Assembly (NCBI GenBank): GCA_036785375.1
Contig: JAWMAR010000283.1
Location: forward strand, 1,302,001-1,366,000
DNA length: 64,000 bases
From: Leucoraja ocellata
Taxonomy: Eukaryota
Direction of reading: 5' to 3'
Shown: positions 1 through 12,299 of the stretch, one piece after another
How positions within the stretch are numbered: position 1 is the stretch's first letter
How the letters are laid out: the number at the start of each line of letters is the position of its first letter
Made by a program: the position numbers and the translations under genes
Notes under the pieces: model-generated
The model's database searches: none
The model's input: only the letters and a program-made list of their open reading frames with translations
What the model was told of the DNA's origin: nothing

Positions 1-2012
1 TTACACGTGCAACATGTTTGAAAAGTTTAATAGCAAAGAAGAAAGTTAAATCAAAGAAAGGCGTTAAAAATATAACAAAAATTAATGTAGATTTATCTCA
101 ATGCACAATGCATTCATATCAAGTTTGCCAAGTTGATCAACAAATAGAGATAATGGATTTTATCTCGAACCGTTACAGATTATGGTAATAATATAATTTT
201 TATTAGATTATAAAAATGTACAAGATAGGGAACTGTGTTTAGAAGGGATAGGAAAAAAAGCTGGGATTCAGGATGTTTTAGGGCTAATAATGAAAAAAGA
301 TAAGGACAGTAGTGAGGATTAATCTAAAACACAGGTTAGAAATGAGTACGGTAGAAATAAAGTAGAGAAGAATGGGTACAAGTAATTTATTGAGTTCCTT
401 ACTGCAGCTGTTGTACTGAAAGATAAAAGATCTGCCAGCTGTAAGCAGAGTATTGGGATCAATGAGCTGAAATTTTAGAATGGATTTACAAATGATACAT
501 TTGAGGCCAGAATTAAACAATCTGAATGGATCTATGAAGCCAACAGCATAAAGTAGATTGGGATATTAAAATACTTGCAACGATAAACAACTGCAAATAT
601 ATACAATAAATACATTATTAAAGTATTAAAAACTTTGCAGAAAAGTGATCCATTTGTCAATGTTCATTGCAATGACTCAAATCAGCTCACATTTCTCAAG
701 TACAGAGTTATTTTATCCTTAGTGACTACTGTATACACTGGTCAATAATATTATGGTTACTCATCTTCAGTTATCTAAAGTAATTACTTTACAACGAATC
801 TGAAAATTTACAATATCTGGTCTCAGCAATATCTTCATCAGCTGTCGCAGTCACAATCTTACTGAATAATTAATTAGATACAAGGAGCCAAATGCCCCAT
901 TCCAGTTTTTTATTCCTAGTTACCTGCTTCTTAAATGTTCACAGTATCTGGCTTGTCCTTTTTCAATTAACATAATGAAAAAACTTTAATAAATTTCAAT
1001 TAGCTTATCACTGTCTATTTGAAATGTTCTTTAGTCTAAATGTTCACCTGCTTGCTTACACAGCTCATGAAATGAAAACTGAACAGTAAAATAATCAGTA
1101 TGTTCAAATTAAATGCATTGGAGCATGTTTTAACCTAATGAAACCAGAATCAATGCAAAAATGAAAACGCAAGACTAGGGTAGGGTGGAGAGGTAGCGGG
1201 AACATTTCCAGAAAACTGAGTGGACAACCGGCATTTCTCAAAGGGAGAATAAGCGAGTTCGGTATTACATCAGTGCATGCCCAGGTCATGGGTCATTTGG
1301 GATAAACATTCTCGCCAGCTGAGCTACTGTGTGTGTGTACAGACCTGCGTATTCCTTTAAATGAGATTTATAAATACATTTATCGGTCAAATATGTCAGC
1401 AGTGTACTGTAGGCTGCACAAATCCACAATTCTGTCTATTTAAATTATTGACTCAACACAGCACCAGCCTTGAAAACGCAAGAATGCCTGGAGCGAACCT
1501 GTCATTTATCAAATCCCTGGCATTAGCCTGAGTCACAGCCATTCAAATTTAATATTGATTTGCACAAATTACAAGTTGTGTGGTCAACCAATTTGAGACA
1601 GTCCTTACATTCCTATCTAAACAACCTTCCTGGATTGAAAGATACGAGGAGAATGTGCTGGGTGGGGGGTAGGTTGGAAAGTTCAGATTGGATTTGAACA
1701 GGCTGGGTAAACGTGCGAGGTGGGTTGGCTTAAATAAAGATGCTGTCGCTTTAACCTCTGGGGTTGGTTCCTATCTGTCAGGACATATAGTTGGGAGCCG
1801 GGTCCGGGTGACCAGCCGGTGATAATTATGAGAATTTGCAGTCATTTGAACCGCAGCCAAACTAGAGGCTTCACTCACGAGTGGGTTGCAGCTCCCCATC
1901 TGACGGAACTTGTTCCCGATCTCTTTGAAGGAGGTGCACCCGCCCCAGCGAGTGGGAAAATGCGGATGAGTGGGAGCATTTTCTCAGTCTTTGTTGACAG
2001 TTGGGGTGGGGG

Positions 2013-2070
2013 ATAGAAACATAGAAATTAGGTGCAGGAGTAGGCCATTCGGCCCTTCGAGCCTGCACCG
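2013..2070 (-). mobile_element. CR1 LINE extreme 3' end
   Basis: Matches the 3' end of the CR1 at 54470-54530, including the (TTTCTATG)n tail. Confidence 0.8.
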
Positions 2071-2999
2071 ATCTGAGAGAGAGAGCTGGCAATGCCACAC
2101 AGACGGAACAGTTTAATAACGGCTCATTTAAATCCGCCCTTCGGCCACTTGGCAACCTGGACTGATCTGATCTGATCTCGCTAGCTCGCTGCGGGCCGAA
2201 TCCTAACGCAGAACCTCCACAAAAACTTTGGGCTTCGGGTAACACCTGCACAAAGAGCCTCTGCTAACAAAGGCTGGCGAACTGTGCTGGTCAATGTGCA
2301 CTGGGCGAGATGGCTGGGGGAAACGCACCGCAACCACGGAACAGCGCAAACCCTCCACTCAATCTATCCAATACTAAAGGGCAGGCATTTCACAGTTAAA
2401 TGTTTTATATCGGATTGGCGGCTCTTTCACAGGGCCAACCCTGTACTCAGTTTTCCTCAGAGATGAATCGTTGCCTTAACGATACATTCACACCACCAGT
2501 AGGTTAAGCATCAGCCCACATCGACACTGATGCAGTCGCTGCCTGCCTCAGATTAAATATATTCAGCATTTTATTGGATGCTGAAAATAGATATCCAATG
2601 GGGCTCAACCTGTACAATTTCCTTTGCTTACTTTAAGTGCTGGTGTAAACTAATCTTATTACTGCATGGAAGCTTTAGTTGATTTAAAGACTTCTGATTA
2701 GTCAAAATCTTACCATACTGAACACATACAAATTCAGCTACAGTGCTCTTGAACTTTCAGTTTGGATTCAAAAGTGTTAATAAACACTGAACAAGCACAA
2801 CCTGCAAACCATTCTCGAGCTACAAATTAACATTTAAATTGCACTCTAGTAACACTCAATCAGCAAACAGGGGTCTGTACAACAATAGAGAAGTAGGTAA
2901 AGAGTTTCAGGTCTTATAAAGGATCTTTCACCTTAAACATTAATTATTACTTTTTCCACATGGGTTGCCTGACTTGTTGAATGTTTTTACTAAGGACTT

Positions 3000-3285
3000 G
3001 GGCGACACGGTGGCGCAGCGGTAGAGTTGCTGCCTTACAATGCCAGGGACATGGGTTCAATCAAGACTATGGGTGCTTGTCTATTCGTAGTTTGTGGCCA
3101 GCGTGGGTTTTCTGCCGGATCTCCGGGTTACTCCCACATGCCAAAGACATCCAGCTTTGTAGGTTAATTGTAAATTGTCCCTCATGTGTATAGGATAGTG
3201 TTAATGTACGGGGATCGCTGGTCGCAGCGAACTTGGTGGCCGAAGGGCCTGTTTCCGCGCTGTATCTCTAAACTAAAACTAAACT
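3000..3285 (+). mobile_element. HE1-type V-SINE (tRNA-derived head, V domain, CR1/HER1-like tail)
   Basis: A box TGGCGCAGCGG, B-box-like GGTTCAATC, V-domain segment CTCCCACATGCCAAAGAC, tail GGCCGAAGGGCCTGTTTCCGCGCTGTATCTC(TAAAC)n. Confidence 0.85.
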
Positions 3286-3967
3286 CAAGACTTGAGTCAT
3301 ATCGTTTAGATGGATGAAAACTCCACAACCCAAGATGGAGCATAAACACGCTGCTACAATTGGAGGAACATAAAATATTACCAAAATTGCAAAGGTGAAA
3401 ATTGCAAATTGCAAAATTTATGAACAAAGGTTATATACACATACTGCTCTCAATTGGGACTTTTTTTTCAAATCTTGGTCACTAGTGATCTTCTGGCTTT
3501 GCAACAACCACCAGAAAACTGCATGTTTACATCCTAACACTGACACTAACATCTGGAGTGCATACATTCAGTTAAACAGGAACTCAGAAGCTGCAGTGAC
3601 TCCCTGCTTCTGAACAGGGAGCAATGATTTTCAATCTTGGCTGTGGTATCTATGTAAAACAATGACATTGCAAAGGCTTTAGATGCAGGCATACTATTGT
3701 GACTGCTTAATATCCCAAAATCTTAGGTTGATACAAAATACTAAAATTATTTTTAATGCCATATAAAGCTATAATTCCTACTTCGCAAGCTCTCTGGACC
3801 AAGCGGACAATTTAATGTATGTGGTTAAAGATTTCTGCAGAGAAAGATGTCAAACTATTTTGAATTTTAAACTAATTTAAGTGATATTTTAGCATCTGCT
3901 TTAATCGTTGTGTATACTCCATTAAATATTCCAGCCTCTAAGATGTTTGATGTGGCCAAATAAGTTA

Positions 3968-4070
3968 TTTTTATTTCCTTTCCTCCATAGATGCTGCTGC
4001 ACCCGCTGAGTTTCTCCAGCATTTTTGTGTACCTTCGATTTGCCAGCATCTGCAGTTCCTTCTTAAACAA
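3968..4070 (+). mobile_element. Penelope-like element pLTR 3' fragment
   Basis: GATGCTGC...CCCGCTGAGTTTCTCCAGCATTTTTGTGT...CCAGCATCTGCAGTTCC matches the sequence that follows the GIY-YIG ORF at 14140-14196. Confidence 0.7.
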
Positions 4071-5084
4071 GTTATTTTTGCTTACTGTTTGACTTGAGAA
4101 AGTTCTTCACGCTTGATAAGGGGTTGTCCAATGTGCAAAGATTGTGTGTTTATTGTAATATCTCCCAGGTAGCAGAGAGTGCCATTATATTCAAACATTT
4201 TCCCCGTAACTGTGTGGGTTTTCTCCGGAGGCTCTGGCTTCCTCCCACATTTCAAAGACGTACAGGTTTGTAAGTTAATTGGCTCCAGTAAAAAATTATA
4301 AATTACCCCCAGTGTGTAGGATAGTGGCAGGAGTACAAAAGGAGGGCAAAATTCCTGAAATATGTGCAGGAGAGTTTTCCCAATCAGGGAATTTCTAATA
4401 AGGGAAAGAACTGGAAAGGATCTTGGGAATGAAAAAGAGTATGTAACAGTGCAAGGAGTATAGGGTTGATATGGTGGTGAGAATGGCCTACAAAGGAGAT
4501 CTTGCGGAAATAAAGGGTATGGCTCAGGAATTGTCATAGGGAGTGGTGTTATCAGTAAGTTAAGCATAATTTACAAAAATTGCTGAGGTACAATTAGGTG
4601 CAATCATGCATTACTGAAAGAGTTTTGCTTTATTGGTGAACAAAAAATAAATTGAACAAATGAGGCCATGAAAAAAAGAAAATGGTTCACACACATGGTA
4701 GATAAATTCATACAGAAGGATAAGGATGGCATAAGTATGACTAAAAGATAGATGATAAAATGAGACAAGTAAAGAAACAAAGAACAGGTTTTTGACAATA
4801 TGACTAATAATAGCTAAAACCCAAGTTTAAAGTAAATAGGACAGGGGAGATCTTAACATAGGAGTTGGAGCAACAAAGACGACAGATAATGACAGATAAG
4901 CAACCGACCTAACAATTTATAAACATAAATAGAAAATGATTGCTGAAGAGTCAAGGCACATTTATTGTCATTTGCACAAGTATGGCTAGGTAGAGCTGCA
5001 ATGAAAATCTTGCTTGCAGCAGCATCGCAGGAACATAGACTCAGACAACACCTAAAACATAAATTACACATAATTTATAAACAG

Positions 5085-5435
5085 GGTGGGGTGCACATCA
5101 AACGAGCTGCCAGAGGAAGTGCTAGAGGCGGATATAATTACGACTTTTAAAAGAGACTTGGACAGGTACATGGTTAGGAAAGCTTTAGAGCATGAACAGA
5201 AGGGTTGTCAAATGTACAAAGCTTGCGTGACATTGTAATATCTCCCAGGTAGTAGAGAGTGCCATTACATTCAAACATTCTCCTCGTGACTGTGTGGGTT
5301 TTCCCCGGGAGCTCTGGTTTCCTCTCACATACCAAAGATGTACAGGGCCAGGAACAGAGAAGTGGGACATTTGATTGGGCAACTTGATCAGCATGGACAG
5401 AGTAGGCCAAAGATCCTGTACAACTCTGACTCTAT
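5085..5435 (+). mobile_element. Degraded CR1/HER1-type 3' end interrupted by a ~150-bp insert
   Basis: GAGCTGCCAGAGGAAGT...TTTAAAAGAGACTTGGACAGGTACATGG resumes at ~5345 with GGGCC...AAGTGGGAC. Confidence 0.65.
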
Positions 5436-7244
5436 AATTGGCATTTGGATTTGACAATGCAAATCCATTTGGCTACCCTGGTTGCATTCTTTTCAGGAAA
5501 TAGTGGAGAGGATTTATAAAGTTTATTTGGTTAATGTGGATTTGGGCTATCTGAAGTGTCACATGAAGTGTTACATTTACCAGCAAAATTATAGCCAAAG
5601 GATAAAAAGGACTGATAGGATCAATACAGGATTGGTCAAGCCACAGAATAGAGGTGATTTATTGATTTTGAAATTGAATGATATGGTATTCACCAGGGTC
5701 ATATTAGGATCATTCCCCTTTATGATATACATTCATAACTTGGAAACAATACAAAGCCGGGGACAATTGTGAATGAAAGAACAGGATAGCAACAGATGTC
5801 AGGAGAACAGGGACAGAGTACTGAAACAGCAGGCATTGGACTGATAATATTTGCTCCGGAGAAGTGAAGTCACATTTTGGTGGAAGGAAAATAGGCAATA
5901 AAAATAAAATGCTTCAAGTTTAACAGGGATCCAGGAAAAGAGAACACGGGCCATATGCACAAATCTTCAAATGTGGCACGACATGTTTTCACAAGAAATA
6001 AAACTGACATCTGAAAGAAATTGTGAACAATTCGAGAAACAGAATTATTTGTCCTATTTAGGTGGTGGTTTACTTATGCAAGGATGAAATTAATTATCTT
6101 ATAAGACTGGAGGATACACTTCTTTCAAAAATGCTTCTTATGCGTTTACTAAAAATTAAGATGCCTTCTAACTCATGGAAAATGCAATTTAATAATTTGG
6201 GCCTCATGAGGAACAAGCACTTTACTTGTTGTCCTCCTAATGCTGCTTTCTAAATTTGACAGAGTTCACCATTTAAATACATTTTTCTGACAAACCATTT
6301 ACTGGGTTACTATGCAGGTGGTGCCATTACATAATTAATTAATCATCCAATTATTTGACAATGAACCTTAAATGCGGCACTGAATGTATAAAGAAACCAG
6401 GGGGCTGGCAAGAGACGTTCCCCTTGCAATTCTCATAGTTAAATCATAAATATATTTCTCAAAGCTCATGGATAGATTAATATATTTTTTAGAGGTGACA
6501 ACCCCAAATAAACATTTCCTTAATAGATCACAACCTTTGATACCTGTAAAATTGAATCTCATCCACTGAATGTACCATAGATTTCACCAATAACTAGTAT
6601 TTGTACAGCACCTTTGACGGTAAAATACGCATGCACGTTGGGAGACACACCCAAGGGTGCTACCAAACAAAAATTACAGTGAGCTTCAGAGACATTAGGT
6701 CAATCGCCAAAGAGAATGTACAAAAGACAGATTTTCAGGAATACCTTTAATTAAGGAAGAGATTTATAAATTAGAGGTTCAATAAAATTATTTGAGAGTA
6801 AGGGCCAAGGTAGCTGATGGTGGAACAAAGATTACCATTGTTTAGTATTGCATAGCTCCTCACACTGCTGCAATTTAAATTATGTAAAAGAACAAAAACA
6901 TTATTCTCCCCCCAATACAAGGATGCAAGATCATTGACAAGGCCCATGTGTGAATACTTGAAGCACTGGTGCCACCAATACACATTAATAAACTTGCTTT
7001 TCAGGGTACAGCCCACTATTAAAAAATATATCGGTGACGCCAAACGCTGGACACCGAGTTAGATAATGAAACAATAACAAGTGCACTAGAGTGCACAAAA
7101 TAGGTAAAATTCAACAAAAAAAAAGAGAAAATGCATGAACTGGTGCAATGTTTGAAGGTTGAACAATAGAAGATTCAGAGGTGCAAAGAATTAGACATCA
7201 TAATTAAAGAAATTCCCTTGCCATCACTGAAGGTTGAATAAACA

Positions 7245-7398
7245 AATTGGAGAATTCAATATTTATACCGTTATTGGGTTGTCGGCGACCCAAGTGGAAT
7301 ACGAGCTGCTGCTCTTCTGGTGTGTGTGTGGCCTCATTCTGACAATGGCGGCAGCACAAGATAGAAAGTCGGCAGGAGAATGGGACGGGGAGTTAGAA
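7245..7398 (-). mobile_element. Penelope-like GIY-YIG endonuclease fragment
   Basis: Reverse complement of the 13850-13995 segment (AAATTGGAGAATTCAAT...CCCAAG...GTGGCCTCA). Confidence 0.65.
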
Positions 7399-8985
7399 TA
7401 GACAGAAACATAGAAAAATATGAGCAAGAGTAGGCCATTCGGCCCTTCAAGCCAGCACCGCCAGTCAATATGATCAAGGCTAATCATCTAAAATCAATAC
7501 CCCATTCTTGCTATTTCCCCCATAGCCCTTGATTCCTTTAGCCCAAAGAGCTGAATCTAACTCTCTCTTGAAAACATCCAGTGAAGTGGCCTCCACTGCC
7601 TTCTGTGGCAGAGAATTCCACAGATTCACAACTCTCTGGTGAAAAAAAAAGGCCTCATCTCAGTATAAATGGCCTACCCCTTATTCCTAAACTGTGGTCC
7701 CTGGTTCTGGAATCCCCCCAAATCAATAGCAATAATGTCCATCCTCCAATTGGGAGAGCAAATTGCACAAATTACTCCAGATGCAGTCTCACCAGGGCCC
7801 TGTACACGTGCAGTAGGACCTCCTTGCTCCTAAACTCAAATCCTCTCGCAATTAAGGCCAACATGCCATTAGCTCTCTTCACTGCCTGCTGTACCTGCAT
7901 GCTTACTTTCCGTGACTGATGTACCAGCACACCAAGGTCTTGTTGCACATCCCTTTTTCCTAATCTGACACCATTCAGATAATAATCTGCCTTCCTGTTC
8001 TTGCCACCAAAGTGGATAACCTTATATTTATCCACATTATACTGCATCTGCCTTATATCTGCCCACTCACCCAACCGGTCCAAGTCACCCTGCAGCCTCA
8101 TAGCATCCTCCTCGCAGCTCACTGCCACCCAGCTTTGTGACATCCGCAAACTTGGAGACGTCACATTTAATTCCCTCGTCTAAATCATTAATATATAATG
8201 TAAATAACTGAGGTCCCAGCACCGAGCCTTGCGGCACTGCATTAGTCACTGCCTGCCATTCTGTAAAGGACCCGTTAATTCCTACTCTTTGCTTCATGTC
8301 TGCCAACCAGATCTCTATCCATGTCAATACCCTACCCCCAATACCATGTGCTCTAATTTTGCACACTAATCTCTTGTGTGGGACCTTGTCAAAGGCTTTT
8401 TGAAAAAACAGATACACCACATCCACTGGCTCTCCCTTATCCATTCTTCTTGTTACATCCTCAAAAAATTCCAGAAGATCCGTCAAGCATGATTTCCCCT
8501 TCATAAAACCATGCTGACTTTGACTGATTCTGTCACTGCTCTCCAAATGTGCTGCTATTACATCTTTAATTACTCAAGCATCTTCCCCACTACCAATGTA
8601 AGGCTAACTGGTCTGTAATTCCCCGTTTTCTCTCTCCCTCCTTTCTTAAAAAGTGGGCTACCCTCCAGTCCACAGGAACTGATCCAGATTCGAGAGAACA
8701 TTGGAAAATGATCACCAATGCATCCACGATTTCTAGGGGTACCTCTTTGAGTACTCTGGGATGCAGACCATCCGGCCCTGGGAATTTATCTGCCTTATGT
8801 CCCAACAGTTTAACACCATTTCTTGACTTCCCTTCAGTTCTTCCCTCCCACTAGATCATCGGTCCCCTAGTATTTCTGGGAGATTGTTTGTGTCTTCTTT
8901 AGTGAAGACAGAACCAAAGTACTCACTAACTCTTCTGCCATTTCTTTATTTCCCATTATAAATTCACTTGTCTCTGATTGTAAGG
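7399..8985 (-). mobile_element. CR1 LINE, 5'-truncated and internally deleted; RT pseudogene plus 3' tail
   Basis: Fragments PGPDGLHPRVLKE, QHGFMKGKSCLTDLLEFF, KAFDKVPH, VPQGSVLGP, SKFAD, with frameshifts. Confidence 0.95.
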
Positions 8986-9247
8986 TACCTAGCAACTGGA
9001 GCTCCAGCAAGCTTTAGCGGACATAGTGCAATGTTTGATGTAATGGTTTCCTACAACACCCTTTGTCATGCTGCTGTGATGGAAGCTACGCCAAGAGCAC
9101 CAAATGAAATCGAAGAGGTTGGAAGAGGAAAAAAAATGGAGAAACCTGAACAACTGGATTTGTTCTCCCCAGAGGAATGAAGGTTAAGGAGACAGCCAAT
9201 AAATAGTCTGACACAATAAAAGGGTGGAATGGATTTGAAACTTGAGA

Positions 9248-9860
9248 TGTAGACACAAGGAACTGCAGATGTTGGTTTACAAAACCGATACAAAGTGCTG
9301 GGGTAACTCAGCGGGTCAGGCAGCATCTTTGGAAAACATGGGAGGTGACATTTCGGGTCAGGACCTTCTTCAGACGGTTTGTCGTGGGGGGTAAAGGGGG
9401 GAGAAATCTGGAAGAGAGGAGGAGGGCAGGACAAAGCTTGGCAAGTGATAGGTAGATGCAAGTGAGGTAGGATTTTGATTGGCAGTTGATTGGACAAGAG
9501 CCAAAAATGAAAAGAGAAAACGTGCGAGATAAGGATAGAGGAGGCGTGAATTGTGAAGCCAGAGGAAGGAATTTGGGTGGAAGGGAATGGATGCTAAGGG
9601 TTAAGGGAGAAATGGGTGTCTGTCTATCCATGTAGTACACAGAGAAGAGGGGTGGTTTCTAGGTTCATTACCTAAAATGGAGAATTCAATATTCATTAGC
9701 TAAATAATCTACAAACGACCTCTCCTCCCCTTTATCCTCCTCACTTCCCTATGCCCCACCTGGATGTGCACCTATTTCTCCATTTCCCCTCCCCCATCCC
9801 ATTCCACCTTCCTCAGGCTTCACAATTCATGTTCCTTCTATCTTATCTCTTTATATTACC
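9248..9860 (-). mobile_element. Penelope-like element 3' end/pLTR with an adjacent inverted partial copy
   Basis: pLTR motif AAGGAACTGCAGATG...GTAACTCAGCGGGTCAGGCAGCATCT and the endonuclease C-terminal end at 9668-9696. 9760-9850 is an inverted copy of 9530-9620. Confidence 0.75.
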
Positions 9861-10694
9861 CTTCAGAGGATACACGCTGTTGTTAATAACGGTCCATTAG
9901 TTTGAAAATAGAGCAGGAAAGAATAGCAATCCCCATCCTAATATTTTATGCATCTAGATTTAAACAATGTTCCATTCATGGCATAAGGTTATTAAAAGGC
10001 AACCACTGTAGGACTGCAGTAAATATCCACGGCAAGATTGGGCCCTATTATAGATTTGGTGTGAACACAGATTCCCACAGAAAGGACATTAACCATTTTT
10101 TATCATAATAATAATAATAATAACAAATCTTAGTGAATTCACTTTACGACAGCTCTAAGTGATGACGTTTACTTTATTTATTCATTTTTCTCATCAAAAT
10201 CTGAGCTTGCAGTCTGAGTGATATAACCCTATATCACAGCACTATGACATGGTTTCTCCTGCCCTTTTATCATTGTCCTGCATTATGAAGTAAGTCGTCA
10301 TTAACACAGATCATCATTGCTATCATACTGGTCATTGGATGGCACGCAAGAAAGGAACACAACAAATACTCCATCCCTGCACAAACTTAAATTGAGCCCA
10401 AATTGACTCAAGTGCACGGTGGCACAACATCTTCCTGTTAAGTCGTTTTGCAACTGCATAACCTTCATTCCATGAATGGGTACCAATTCTCTTAGTATAT
10501 GTTCTTGAAGTGTTTCAAATCTGTACAGCATAACAACATCAATTCAGCCACCTTTTATTTTCTCCCAAATTAAAGATGGAGATTTGCCCGTCTCGTTTTA
10601 TTTTAAAAATTACAACTTCATCTCTTCCAGCAGATGATGATGGCTTTTAATTAAGTCAATGAAGGAAGTATAACAAGTGTCACATTAACTTTAC

Positions 10695-10848
10695 CTGACA
10701 AACAGATGTAGGTCAAATATTCCCCCTGACCTCCTGTTGCTAGAAATGGAATCTTTTTTTTGGTTCTTCGTTTGACTTGGACGGCCGCAAGCATTCTCTC
10801 ATTGTGTGGAGCAAAAATCTCCTTGTTGATAGCAGGTTTGACACTCAT
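10695..10848 (-). CDS. STXBP6: First coding exon of syntaxin-binding protein 6 (amisyn), N-terminal Sec3-like PH domain region; 154 coding nt, phase-1 intron follows
   Basis: Translation MSVKPAINKEIFAPHNERMLAAVQVKRRTKKKIPFLATGGQGEYLTYICLS matches my recollection of the vertebrate STXBP6 N-terminus (MSAKSAISKEIFAPLDERMLGAVQVKRRTKKKIPFLATGGQGEYLTYICLSV...). Donor TCAG|GTAAAG, with GT at 10694-10693. Kozak-like context CCACGATGA. Confidence 0.95.
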
Positions 10849-10888
10849 CGTGGATGGGGAGAAGGGAAAGCAGCTTAGTTATTGGAAT
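10849..10888 (-). other. STXBP6: 5'UTR part of the same STXBP6 exon, with its splice acceptor
   Basis: Minus strand reads ttctttttcctatAG|ATTCCAATAA..., a polypyrimidine tract plus AG at 10890-10889. An in-frame TAA upstream of the ATG implies the upstream exon(s) are non-coding. Confidence 0.85.
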
Positions 10889-11192
10889 CTATAGGAAAAA
10901 GAATATAATTAAGTTCTAAATATAACTCAGTTCTAAATTAAATTCTCTGTAATTACAATAATCTAGCCAAAATCTTAAAAAAAAGTCACCTTTTACACAA
11001 ACTGGAACCATTTCAATTTGTTTTAGAAAATCAAACATATTCAGTGCTTGACTGTGTGGAACATTTTAACAAAAAAAACTCTTGAGGGAATCAAAATACT
11101 TCAAGTACATAGTTCAGAAACCCTGGAAAGGATAACTAATGAGCAACAGACTCCAATTTAAAACATCAGTCTGAGAACACAATGTACACAAT

Positions 11193-11968
11193 GAACATAG
11201 CAACATAGAAAAATAGGTGGAAGAGTAGGACATTCGCCATTCAATATGATCATGACTGATCATCTAAAATCACTACCCGATTCCTGCTTTTTCCCCATAT
11301 CCCTTGATTCCTTTAGCTCCAAGAGCTAAATCTAACTCCCTCTTGAAAACATCCCAGTGAATTGCCTTCCACTGCCTGTGGCAGAGAATTCCATAGATTC
11401 ACAACACTCTGGGTGAAAAAGTTTTTCCTCATCTCAGTCCTAAATGGCCTGCCCCTTATTCTTAAACTGTGGCCCCTGGTTCTGGAATCCCCCAAAATCG
11501 GGAATTTTTTTCCTGCATCTAGCCTGTCCAATCCTTTAAGAAATGTATATGTTTCCATAAGATTTCCTCTCATCCTTCAATTTCCTCAAATTAGGAGGCC
11601 AAAATTGCACACAATACTTCAGGTGCGGTCTCACCAGGGCCCTGAACAACTTGCTCCAAAACTCAAATCCTCACGCAATGAAGCCTGCTTAACCTGCATT
11701 GCTTACTTTCAGTGACTGATTACAAGCACACCCAGGTCTTGTTGCACCTCCTCTTTACTAATCTGACACCATTTAGATAATAATATGCCTTCCTGTTTTT
11801 GCCACCAAAGTGGATAACCTCACATTTATCCACATTATACTGCATCTGCCATGCATCTGCCCACTCGCCCAACCTATCCAAGTCACCCTGCAGCCTCATG
11901 GCATTCTCCTCGCATCTCACGTTGCCACCCAGCTTTGTGTCATCCGCAAACTTGGAGATGTCACATTT
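11193..11968 (-). mobile_element. CR1 LINE 3' portion with deletions
   Basis: RLQGDLDRLGEWADAWQMQYNVDKCEVIHFG and TRGHSLRIRG...FFTQSVVNLWNSLP. Confidence 0.95.
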
Positions 11969-12065
11969 CAGGGCTCGAAATTAATGGTTGCCCGGGTGCC
12001 AATGATCACCCAAAGTGCCGCCGGGCAACCTAAACGCCGAGTCATTTTGCCCAGCTTGGCACTGC
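11969..12065 (+). mobile_element. Possible hAT-type terminal fragment
   Basis: Starts CAGGGCTCGAAATTAA with internal TTGCCC/GGGCAA repeats. No partner end found. Confidence 0.3.
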
Positions 12066-12165
12066 AGACACTGGTTCATACTGAAGATGGACACAAAAAA
12101 CTGGAGTAACTCAGCGGGTCAGGCAGCATCTCTGGAGAAAAGGAATGTGACGTTTCGTGTCGGTG
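12066..12165 (-). mobile_element. Penelope pLTR fragment
   Basis: GGAGTAACTCAGCGGGTCAGGCAGCATCTCTGGAG...GTGACGTTTCG. Confidence 0.7.
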
Positions 12166-12299
12166 GCGGCTGTCGTGCGGGGCATAGATACTAGGTGCGG
12201 GGTGATAGAAGGTCGGAGCGAAAGATGGTCCCCGCACAAAGGCAGCAACAGAGCCTCCACCTCCTCCCGCACCCCGCCCGCCCTGATAACGAGCTTTCG

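Noticed and set aside
3000-3075. tRNA gene (and similar heads at 25190-25264, 51450-51516, 55596-55670)
   Set aside because: A/B boxes run straight into the V domain and LINE tail, so these are SINE heads.
1-10694. Downstream STXBP6 exons (VTNKKP...SQWMLEQL)
   Set aside because: No matching minus-strand frame found by eye. A QWM at ~6560 lacks the surrounding residues, so the next exon probably lies beyond the window start.
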